A stretch of 64,000 nucleotides of DNA from Azolla caroliniana (lineage: Eukaryota > Plantae > Polypodiophyta): the NCBI GenBank assembly GCA_043228905.1, contig JBHGNT010000022.1:9672001-9736000 (forward strand). Direction: 5' to 3'. A program made the position numbers and the translations under genes. Below, in pieces: positions 12,321 to 23,623 of this stretch. The notes beneath the pieces were generated by a model, which saw only the letters and a list, made by a program, of their open reading frames with translations, had not been told where the DNA came from and made no database searches. Each line of letters begins with the position of its first letter. Position 1 is the stretch's first letter.

Positions 12321-13541
12321 TCAATCAGCAAGACCGATCTGCTTCCAGACAGCATTTCGAACACGGCTTATATCTCTACCTTTGAGAGTTCTTCCTTGAC
12401 CTTCACATACGGAGAACGTGATCATCTGGCTACAAGCTCTCTCTCTTGCCAGCAATTCATGTGGGGGGATTCTCTCTTCAAAGCGATCATTATCATCACC
12501 ATTACCATTACCATTACCATTGCCATTGCCATTGCCATTGCCATTATCATTATCATCATCGTCCTCCTCATCATTCTCATTCTCATCCTCGTCCTCATCC
12601 ACATCACCATCATTATCATCACATTCTTCTTCCACAACTATACTTTTCTTCTTGTGCTTTGATGTCATGGTGTCTTCTTTAAGTATCTTAGACCAATCAG
12701 GAGCATTGACAGGTGCAGATTGATGCTCAACATAATGAAGAAAATCATACATTACTGATCTTTTCTGAGCAGTAGAAAGTATCGGCATTGGTTCACCCCC
12801 ATCACTATACTGTCGAGATATTAATGTAGAAGAAGCCTCTGACATGAAATTCTTTAAGGTGTCATTAATCGAGCAACTTGAACCCTTCTCAGGGAGATAT
12901 TGCCGTGAAGTATAACCATCTCTCACACTACCTTCTACAGTGATATTATTCACTCTAGATTGATGCTTCTTCACATGATCACAGTTATGGCCATTACCAT
13001 GGAGGTGGTTGATGTAATCATTACCACATCCATTAATTTCATGATGAGCAAATCCTGAAGCCCCTGCATCATGATGAGTACGCCCTTGATTGTAAAACCC
13101 TAATCCACCTGTATGGTTGTGATTAAGAAAGACTATCCTTTCTGTGGCAGTGCTAGAGAGTGGAGACTTCAAATGATCTGAGCTTGATTTTATCATGTCT
13201 AGATTTAACCACATAGTATCTTCCTCTTTGAGGTTATTATTACTTATATGTGCATCAACATCATCTGCTGTTGCTTCAATGTTATTAAGGTTGTTGTAAG
13301 TGGGATCCATGCCATTATTATTCAAAGAAGAGGCAAGAGGGTTTTTGGAGATTGGGTTAGTGATGATTTGTGTGGTAAGAACATTACTAGACCTAGACAT
13401 GGTATTATAAATACTACCACATAGGATCTTCTGATCACGAAGAATGCTTCCCAGACCAATTACTGAGGCAGCTGACAGACAACGACCTCTTTTTGCAGAA
13501 GATGATAGAGAATCTGTACTGACTCCACTCAACCGAGCCAT
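12321..13541 (-). CDS. S40-like senescence regulator (DUF584), single coding exon, 406 aa
   Basis: Family motifs HQSAPVNAPDWSKIL, acidic tract, IPPHELLAR, FSVCEGQGRTLKGRD.SRVRNAVW...G; MARL start. Confidence 0.95.
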   Translation of the reverse strand: MARLSGVSTDSLSSSAKRGRCLSAASVIGLGSILRDQKILCGSIYNTMSRSSNVLTTQIITNPISKNPLASSLNNNGMDPTYNNLNNIEATADDVDAHISNNNLKEEDTMWLNLDMIKSSSDHLKSPLSSTATERIVFLNHNHTGGLGFYNQGRTHHDAGASGFAHHEINGCGNDYINHLHGNGHNCDHVKKHQSRVNNITVEGSVRDGYTSRQYLPEKGSSCSINDTLKNFMSEASSTLISRQYSDGGEPMPILSTAQKRSVMYDFLHYVEHQSAPVNAPDWSKILKEDTMTSKHKKKSIVVEEECDDNDGDVDEDEDENENDEEDDDDNDNGNGNGNGNGNGNGNGDDNDRFEERIPPHELLARERACSQMITFSVCEGQGRTLKGRDISRVRNAVWKQIGLAD

Positions 13542-13636
13542 GGCTGCTTCTATAATAGAGCGCCCCTAAGCTCTAATTGTTAACGTTGACAATCTATGTA
13601 TGTATATATTTATATATACCAGCTCTTTGATTTTTT

Positions 13637-14746
13637 CTGCATGGAAAAAGAGTAAAACGAGAATTTTTTAAGCCTAGAAGAAATTGTAAGCAAAATAGAA
13701 AACAAGAAGTCGTTCCTGAATGAAGGTAAAGGATAGGCAATCAACACTGTGCTAATTCCATGGCAGATTTAAAAACTGAAAGAACGGATATGCAAAGAGC
13801 GTTTGATACTATGGATAATACAAAGAAATTGCAAAAGAAAATGAAATGGATCGGGCCATGAAACCATTACGCATGATGAGTGCGCCAGGCATTAAAAGAA
13901 AAACAGAAGAACCGAGAAGATCTTAGATATTCAAACAAGTCAATCTTGAACTGGAAGAGCGTGATGCCATATTATATTGGTTAGAGCTTTGCAAGAAGAA
14001 AACGATCAAACAGCCGAAGTTGAAGAAGACGAAGAAGAAGAAGTAAAAAAAGGTAGAATTTGGTCGCTGATTATGCCGCAATCATACAATGAGAAGATCA
14101 AGATCAGAAATTCAACATCAGAAAAATAGAGAATAAATAGCACGACACTACCATAGAGAGAAAGGTTGGAAAAACGAGTAAGATCATCACGAGCACAGAA
14201 TATTCTACAGTAGAAATTGCAGAGGGAAACGCAAAAATAGATTAGGAGGCTTAGAGAGCAGAGTTTAGGAAGATTGGACATGGCACAGGAACAGAAGGAA
14301 TGGCATGAATTATTGCATCATAAGGAAATATTTTCCAAGTTAGAAGAAGAAATGCATATATTCTCAGAGGCTTACGCTTCAATTGGAAATAGGAAAATTA
14401 GTAGCACAGAAAAAAAAAAAGATTAAAGAACAGATGAACTTACTGAGCGCTAGATTTCTAATGTATTGAAGCAGAAGAAGATCAAGGCTTCAATAGAACA
14501 TAGTGAAAAAAAAACTCTAAAGTGCTTGTTTCACCTGAAATTTAAACAAGTATATGGTCATGAACAGAAGATTAATCACCATTCCATTTGGCATTTACAA
14601 TAATGCAATCATATTCCAGTGTAGATTAGAAAAAGAAATCTCGGAAAGGAATGGGAGTGACTGATTAAAGGATACCACATAATACAGGCGTTGATACGGT
14701 TAATCATTATCAAAAGGAGGCTCACGAAAAAAAGAGAGGAACTTAC
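13637..14746 (-). other. Probable 5'-UTR intron of the S40-like gene
   Basis: Minus-strand donor ctcg|GTAAGT at 14746 and acceptor tttttccatgcAG at 13637; U-rich interior; TATA-like tract near 15121-15134. Confidence 0.5.
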
Positions 14747-15650
14747 CGAGCAGAGCTGCGATGGATGAAGAAGAGAAGCAGTTCACCGACAAAAAAAAAA
14801 AAAAAAAAAACCTGCAGAGAGTAGCTATCCAAAGAATTAGATAAGCAGAAAGATCAATCCTAAGAAGAGTAAAAGAACGTGAAGGATTTGTTGTCAGAAA
14901 TTACAAATATGATTGAGCAATGAGGAGGGAATGATTGGCAGACCTGGGGGGGGGGGGGGGGGGGTAAGGGTAAATATGTAAGGATGAGATTGGCGAGTAA
15001 TCTGTGATCGAGATCGAATGAGGAAAGGAAAGAGAGAGAAGGAGAGAGAGAGAGAAGGAAAGGAACTGCAGAGAGGGAAGGCAGCGAGCTATGGCGGAAG
15101 CTGCAGCAGGAATTTTTCCATATATGTATATATACAGAACAGACAGTGAAGAAGAAAGAGGAAGAAGAAGAAGAAGAAGAAGAAGAAAGAAGCATAAGAG
15201 AGCGAGAGGGGTAGGCTCCGTAATTAAAGAAAACCGGAAATTCCAAATTAAAACGAATTTAATAAAAATTAATAAATAATAATAATAACGAAAAGAGAGA
15301 CGGATTAAAAAGAAAAACCGCGGAAATAAAAAATTGAACGAAACATTTTACTAAATTAAATAATAAAATATTTAAAACACCAAAAAAGGAAGGAAAAAAA
15401 TAAAAGAAAAAGTGCAGACGCGTTTGAATATTATTTGCGAGAAAAAAAAAATGTTAATTTATTTTATTTAATTCATGAAAAATCGAAATAATTTAGCAAA
15501 TAAACATGTGATTATTATTTTTATTTGTATTTATATCGATAAACAAAAAACAATTTAGTTTATCTCTTTCATTTATTAAATCGAATTCTCTGACCTATTA
15601 TTAAAATAAATAAATAAATAAATCAGAACTGAAGGCTTCGGTTTAGGGAG

Positions 15651-15762
15651 GGCCCACGGTGACGTCACGACACGTGGCAAGTCGATGCCACGTAGGCTGC
15701 GCTCCCGCCACGCACGTGGGTGGAGATCGCGCACGTGGCATGCCACGTAGGAGTTACGTGGC
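15651..15762. promoter_or_regulatory. ABRE/G-box cluster upstream of the S40-like gene
   Basis: Seven ACGT cores in about 100 bp: tgacgtca, cacgtggc x2, gccacgta x2, cacgtggg, tacgtggc; also ggccca. Confidence 0.7.
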
Positions 15763-15770
15763 AGAAGAAG

Positions 15771-15925
15771 GTTATGTTATGTATTGTTATGTATTGTTAT
15801 GTTATGTTATGTATTGTTATGTTATGTTATGTATTGTTATGTTATGTTATGTATTGTTATGTTATGTTATGTCATGTTATGTCATGTTATGTCATGTTAT
15901 GTCATGTTATGTCATGTTATGTTAT
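15771..15925. repeat. (GTTAT/GTCAT)n compound microsatellite
   Basis: Directly visible pentanucleotide repeat. Confidence 0.95.
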
Positions 15926-18900
15926 GTGTGGGGGCATTGATGTTGCATGTCAAAGAAAAGGTTTGTTCAATCCTTCATTAAAAACCCGCCGGTTAAAATT
16001 TACAAGCTCTAAAATCGGTTGGTAAGTATTGAATACAACACATATGACAAACACAATATGATATATGTATGTATGTATGTATGTATGTATATGCAAGTGT
16101 GCCGGAACGTAAAAAATTGTGCAAACAATAAAATGAATGTGTTTGGGTTGCATATATTAATCTGTATAGAAATACATGCATACATAAATACAACATTACA
16201 TTGTGCGATTGTGTCCATCCCTTTTTGCGTATTATGTACATTGTGCTGTTGAGAATGACGTATAAAGTATCAGTATTTTAACCGCGGAAGCAATTCAGGA
16301 ATCATCGGCTAGTAGTGGTGTATTAAACCATGGAGCATTACAGATATGTCATCAAATATATTAAACCATGGAGCAATTTTCGAATTCATACGTTAGGATG
16401 TTAGGATGTAGCTGATTGAAACCACCTCTCTCTTTCTCTCTTTGCCTCTCATTTCATGCATCCTAATAGTGCCTAGTGTACGTATTGCTTAAAAGCTACA
16501 ACTACATGAAATGTCCTGATGGTCTATTTGTTTACCTTCAATATGAATGAATGCTTTGATCATTTTCCATGTTCCTCTCCTTCTATGACTCTAAAGGTCT
16601 TCCCCCATTGGTCTTATCTACTCCAACTTGCCTCAACTTGCTTTTCCACGTACTCTTCTCTATCCTCTTTAGATGCATATGAGAATCTCTCTATTCACTT
16701 TGGTCGTGGTCACCATAGTTCTTTACTTGCTGCCGCTTCTTTTCAGATTCGCCAAGTAGATGGTTTCTCATTATTTCCATTCCTTTTGAGCCATGAATGT
16801 ATGTGATTCCTTTTCTAAATTTATGTTCTTTATTTTCCCTTTGGTTTTAAGTGTTGCAAGCGAAAACTCTACACAAAATTCATGCATGACTAAACGTCTC
16901 TTTCGACAAAGTCAGTGTGTGGCTCCCATAGTGTTGCCGAACACGCACACACATATAGAAAGTTGCATATCCATTATGTCGTATGATTTGGATTTATTGA
17001 AATCTACCTCACGTTAGTCCATCTTCTCCCTTCTCTTTCCTTGATTTCAAATTTTTATGTTTCTTCATATGTGGGTTATTTCATATGCATCCTATTCGCG
17101 AAATATGCCATGTGTTTTCCCTCTCCATTCTGAGCTACAAATCTTTTAAATGTAGTTATGATTCGACTGTAGCTTAATTTGGACATGTATTATGAGTTTT
17201 CTCATGTCCCTACACATCAAGTGCATATTGAATTTGTGTTTAAGATATTTGATAGCATGAAGAAATATCACTACTATCATATTGCAATATAACTTGTGGG
17301 AAAATGCATAACATATTTCTTGTTGACTAATTTGTGATTTTTAGGATATTTTTATCCTCACCGAATTCGTGGATGGAGGTGCTCCCATTGAGAGAAATGT
17401 GTGCATTTTTGCGCAAACAACTCGTTACTCTCTTTCCCTCTTTGATTATCATGTACAATGTAATGCTCCACCTTCGTTACATTCACATTTTGTTCCCCCA
17501 CTGTTTCAAGAATGGCTTATCCATACTCACATTTCCCTCTTGATCGTGGTGTCTAGTGTCAAGTGTAATGTTCATTAGTAAAGTCATTGAACATTGTGAG
17601 CCACTTACGAACTCTAGACACACGATGTGTAAATGTTTCACTTTGGTTCCATAGGTTGTATTTGATACCTATGGACGATAATACAATCCATCGATCACTC
17701 TCTACAACATGTCATGCCTCACATTTGGAGTACACATTGGATCAAACCTTTACATAAAGGGGTAGATATAAGACCATAAACATCTATAGGAAACTTATGG
17801 TTTATTCTCTTCTGGAGAAAGTGATTTGGATTTTTACAACCAAATTTGAGTATATGACAGAAAAGAGGCCAAGATACAAAAAAGTGGGTTTCTAAAGACA
17901 CCATAACGCATTGATCATTTCTCACTTGTCACACTTCGAGTCTTAGTGGATGAAAGTCATTTCAAAGGTAAAATGATTATATTGTTGCTTTATAAACATC
18001 AAGGAAACCTTTTTTATGGTGCCTGTGTGAGTATCTTTGGATATGCATGGAAGAACTTCAAGTACGAAGCAAATATATGCTTGTAGTTTCTCACATATAT
18101 GAGAAAGTGATATATCATGACCATATGGGATATGAATTTTTAAAATTTTCCTTTAGCATTATTGGTATTAGGGAAGGATGGTCACTCTCCTATCTTTAGG
18201 CCATGAATTGATGAGTTTTGGCACAAATTCTTAGCAAGTTCGTACAACAAGTGTGGTCATCATGCTTTTGTTATAGACACATGATGCAATACTTGTGCAA
18301 ATACTTTCAAAGATGAACAATCTTATGAAGTGTCGTAGAAAACTTTTGCAAGGATAATCTATTGAGTCAACGACTTTAATTAAACAAAGGTATGCTTGCA
18401 AACACTCAATGATGACAAACCTTGCATTATGCAATGGTAATGGACCACTTGAAATGGTAGAAAGTTTCTAATGCATTGGCCTTGAGGTTCCCTCAATCAA
18501 TGATGGAATACATGCGTTATTTGTGACTTTGAATCGGTAAAGAGGGCTTATTATGCATTTGACAACACATGCATTGGAGGAGAAATTAAATGTTGGGTTC
18601 AAATGAGACATGGTTGACAATATGGTGACATTAGTGCTTTCCTACGTGGTAGAAAAATGGGATGGGTGCATCTCTAAGTTTACTTCACAAGAGTTTGAAA
18701 AAAGTCTAGAAGAAATTTCTATATAATTTCATTAAGTTAAAATACAAATTTGATACATACTCCCTATTTCCTCAATCTGGATCCACACAATTGGCTTCAT
18801 ATAAATTATCTCACATTCTCATAATATATGAGATGGGGCGTTCGAAAACACCTAGAGCACGCATAGACCAACGATCACACTTGACTACAACGCTAAACTT

Positions 18901-20584
18901 CAACCACATTCGAATTTTCTATCCCCAAGTTTTCAACTCTAACCTATCTATCCCAACCCATTTTTCTCTCTTACCCATATGTGCAGTCTCGATCACAATG
19001 TTCACTTTTGTCCTCCTTTGAGAACAATAGTGAAATCTCTCTCTACACATGCATACGGAGCAATGTAAGTTCAATTTTTATTAGACATTTGTCAAGGATG
19101 TAATTGATGTACAATTCACACTTATTATTCACAAACTTCTATTGTCTATATCAATTCAATTCACGAGAACTATTAGAAGGGATAAAGGCCAATAGATTCT
19201 TATTTGTGTAGATGTCTTGAATGATGAGTAGTGAACAATGAATGGCATGAATTTTACTCATTTTCTCCACGTTTCGACAACATCATGTAAACATTTGAGG
19301 CCTTAACAATATGATCCCAACTTTCCAATGTACTCTTTCACTGTCATCCTCCCTCCTTTTCCAGAGCGCACTACCCTCCTAAATTCTTGATGAGTGGTTA
19401 TGAGGCCTGGGAACATCTATGTACTAATCACATTGCATTACTAGTCAATATCATAACAAGTCCCTAATATGTATACTTTAAGGTCTTGTAATAGCACCTA
19501 CAATGTGGATCATTACTTTATCCACGTAGCAATGGCATTGCACATTCACTTTGGCTTTACATTGCTTATGGGCTTCGATACCGTAATTATAGCTTGAACT
19601 CTAAATGAAATGAGAATTTGCTAATAAAATTAGTCACTTCACAATGTTGACAAAATCCTTATATTCTCAAGATATCTATCTAGAAATATATAAAGTGAAA
19701 GAGCCTCTTTATATATTCTTGATTATATTATAGTTTTAATTGTCTGTTGTGTTGTAAAGCGAAAGGTGAGTTTTGGCGTTGATGTGTTGAGAGGGCCCAT
19801 GTTTGTCGAGATTTATTTTTACATTTCATTGCTTTCCTTGGCAACATTATTGGAGTAGGCGCATTGAGCATTATGCTACTCTATCGTATTCTAATTATGT
19901 ACTACATTTTTGGTACATTTTGACTACTCTTTCGTTAATACCAATTATAATAATTCCCTTTCACCTTGTCGTTGGCCTACATATTGCAAAATAATTCTCT
20001 CTCGTATGCTTTAATATTGTCATAACATAGACTTAAGATCTTTTATAAACACGCAAACTCTATTTACAAAACCAAGAGAATTGTCATTGCCGAATTGTTT
20101 GGTCGTTCTCAATACTTGGGTTGGGAGAAGTGGATTTGTAAATCCTTTTGAGAAACGAACCATTAGTGTGCATCACCTCAAAGAGATGATTATTACAACA
20201 ATTTTCCAATGTTTAAGATTTGAAGTTACAACGTTCCACTGTAAACCTAATGCTTCACCACTATCCTCATTGTAATCATATATATTATCTAAGCCCTCGA
20301 CATCGTAACTTTATGAGCTAATGAGACATAATTCATCCCATCAAACGAGTACATGAATTCAATTACATGACGTATAAAGGCAATGCTTTCCATTATTTAC
20401 TTACTTTATGGTTAAGATTTGTTTCATTATTATACATTGTTCACCAATCCATGAGGACATGTGAGAACATGATGATGATCACCTCCTATGTGAACCATCA
20501 ATGTGTATATTTTGGTATTCACCTTCAATGGGAACCCACTCATTCCTAATTGTGTCTCCTACAATGACATCAATTTGGTGCTTG

Positions 20585-21914
20585 CATTGTTGTAGAATAC
20601 TTAGCATTCAATATGTATGCTAAGTATTCTAGAAGTATTCTAGATTTTTTTCAAAAAATACTTAGAATACACGTTTTACAGATAAAATAAGTTAAATACT
20701 TAGAATATGTGTAGAATACTTGTAAAATACATTAAATACTTCTTAAAATTTAAAGGTTTTTGGAAGACAATTTCATCTATTCTGATGTGGGTAATTTGGA
20801 AGGCGCGATGCACATCAATATTTGATAATGTCACTCAGGATGCTTCAGTTATAATTGTTGAATTCTGGTTGTTACTTGTTCATACATTACATGGTCAATA
20901 TGAAAGTTTCACAGGCAATGTTAATGCCATTTTCAGGAAACAAATGCATTTTAAAAGGATATGGACCTCTATGCTCATTTTTAGGGAAGATGGAGATCAC
21001 ATAATTTGGGTGTATACTGTTCCCGTCATTTTGGGAAACAATGTCTACTAACTTTGTTTATTGACATTCTGTTGTTACAGATTTTGGGTGCTATAGGTTA
21101 CATTGAATGCTCAATTGTAGTTTGGGAGGAGTAGATGATAAAAATCTTGGAGATATGGTGTACAAATAGTGTAGTTATTGCATATACACATCAAATTGAC
21201 TATGAGGAATGGTGCTGGAAAGTTGTTGTTGTTGCACAAGTTGCAAGATGGATTATGAAAGAGAGGCATCGGTCAGAGTTTGAAAAGCAGAAATCCAGAA
21301 ACAAAAACAGCATATTGCTTGAAGTTTAGCTAAAAACATTTCTACTTTCTAGCATTCAAGTGAAGCACTTCTTACAGATGTTGTTACAATGATAATGTTT
21401 CTATGTCAGTTTTATCAAGCAATAATTTGGAAAAACAGCCATTGATAAGGTTATGCACAAGAAGGCCAAGTTTATGAAGCTTTAAAAGCTTCAAAAAGAT
21501 GCAAAATTTGGGCATCTCTCCTTGCTTGATCACCCCTTACAGTTGGTTATGCTCAACAAATTGGCTATGATGAGGGTACAAGGGAATCGGTTGGTATATT
21601 TGTTTTATCCAACACAACTTTTGTATTTCTTATGATTTAATAATACCAAGGCGTATCTTTTTAGGAGAAAAGAAAAAAATAAAAAATAAAAAATAAAAGT
21701 TTTTTTAGCAAAAATAAATAATTTTAAAATTTTTAAAAAGAATTGAACTTTTTTGAAATGTTATATACTTGTTAAATACATAGAATACGTCAAATTCTTA
21801 GATTACATAGAATACGTGAAAATTTGAAAAATGGCAATTCTAAAATGTAGAATGCGTGTAGAATATACTTTAGAGTATTCTAAAACATAGAATACACATT
21901 TTTTAACAACTATA
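20585..21914. mobile_element. Non-autonomous hAT-like DNA transposon
   Basis: 8-bp TSD ggtgcttg (20577-20584) / ggtgcttt (21915-21922). Imperfect TIRs cattgttgtagaa / tttaacaactata. Clustered subterminal TAGAATAC repeats at both ends. Confidence 0.7.
20755..21051 (+). mobile_element. LINE ORF2 C-terminal fragment inside the hAT-like element
   Basis: FWKTISSILMWVIWKARCTSIF...FW...W matches the W-x-IWK-x-R-x3-IF signature at the end of L1/Tx1-type ORF2. Confidence 0.6.
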
Positions 21915-22714
21915 GGTGCTTTGAAGAATGATTTTGATTAATCTCAAAGGTACCTCCTTTTGGTCTCCTTAATCATGTCTTCAAAACTAATGAAAGAGAC
22001 GAAAAAACCCTACAGTAGGTTATTTCCTTCTCTACTTGCTATTTCGCATAAAACATTATCGTGGTAGATGTTTTGGGAAAATTGTAGATTGTTTGCTTAC
22101 AAAGGGGTAGTTGGGAATTTTGTAAAATTTCAACCTAAAAAGGGTATTTCGAGCATTTTACAAAAATATTGGCCCAAGTTGGCTATTGTTAATTTTTTGT
22201 GAAATTTCTTGCCATTTTTGCAACTGACGCACTCATGATATTTTGGGCATTCTCCAAACTTTCAACATGCGATGGCCGTTTTGGCGATCGTACAAAAAAA
22301 TCATGCACTTTGTGGCTTAACTCATGAAGAATATGTTGTGTGCTAGGTCGAAACTCACATATATTTAGCATCATTGCCTTAAGACTAATGATCAATGCTC
22401 AAAGCCCTCAGTTGAGCTTTTTGTAAGCTCTATTTCTAGTGAGTGTTGACATAAACATCAAGAAGCAACTAAATGTTAGAGAGCTAAGAACTTCGAATTG
22501 TCATAAATCAAGGGTTTAGGCACGAAACATGGTTAGACTTCATTAGTACAAGTAACTCAATCACTTAATAAAACTTAATTCAAGACATATCATTTCAAAA
22601 GAGTCGATAAGAAGTAACAATGGAGACTTGGTAAAACTAGAGAAACATAATTGATTAAGTACGAAGTTTAGTTACAACAAAGCTGATCTTTAATTATTTC
22701 ACTCTCTCTCTTAG

Positions 22715-22996
22715 TACAATTCAAATTGGAACGATGACTTGGATACACAAAACTCTGTCTTTGGTTATGTGTTTCTATTTACAAAATGAGCAATAACATG
22801 AAAATCCAACAATCAAACTTTCGTAGCCCTATCAACAGAAGTTGAATTTGTAGTTGTTGCATCTGCCACTCAAGGAGTCTGCCTACAATGATTACTCATG
22901 GAAATGATTGACTTCATCACAATCTACGATCGACACCCACAAACTTTCAACTATGAATCATCTGAATCATGCATATCCCTAATCAATACCCCAAAG
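22715..22996 (+). pseudogene. Old Copia RNase H relic, part upstream of the Gypsy insertion
   Basis: Translates as NWNDDLDTQNSVFGYVF...AIT*KSNNQTFVALST.EVEFV, matching the consensus DWAGDLDTRKSTSGYVF...AISWKSKKQ..VALSTAEAEY. Confidence 0.75.
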
Positions 22997-23495
22997 TGTT
23001 AACCGTTTCTAGAGGAAACACCTTCAATGAGCCCACAGGCTATCGATATCAAGGGGTCGTGTTACGTGAAGGCTTCTTCTACACCGAGAAGACGTTAGGG
23101 GAACGGGGAGCGTACATTGGCTACAACTTGGTAGACATAGACGTAGCTAGGATTACAAGTACGGGGAGAACACACAGATGAAGGAACAGTAAGAGCGAGA
23201 TTTATATTAAATGAGAAATCTCACAATGAATACAGTACACGGCTCTTAGCCGGAAACATTCTTGTGCAGAGCTAAGCACTACTATACTAATCCTGCTAAT
23301 AATCTAGGTATATCCCCCCCTGCCGAGGTATGCAGGTCTCGGCTTATATAGTTTTCTTCTTTACACAGAGCCGAGCCGTCGGTTGATTGTGAGTCAAAAC
23401 TCGACTATTTTAGTTCTACCTATTTCCTCACCAACTTTTCTACCTATCGGCGAATTTACATATTTTGTAATTACATTTCTGGCCTATGAACAAAA
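22997..23495 (-). repeat. 3' LTR of the host Gypsy
   Basis: Direct repeat of 51026-51527; minus-strand TATATAAG near 23343-23350. Confidence 0.95.
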
Positions 23496-23623
23496 CCTAG
23501 CACGCCCGTGGGACAGGACTTTGTCCGTCGGACCCACGATTCACAAAGTGGAGGGATAACAAACAGATTTTGCCAAAATTTTACAAATTTTCCCTTTATA
23601 CAAGGAGGGCTTAAGGGTTTGTT

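Noticed and set aside
12315-12723. Poly-Ile, poly-His and poly-Met ORFs overlapping the S40-like gene
   Set aside because: Alternative frames of the microsatellite-like acidic/NG coding tract
14946-14964. Functional G-quadruplex at poly-G runs (also 28879-28897)
   Set aside because: Simple homopolymers with no supporting evidence, and their lengths are error-prone
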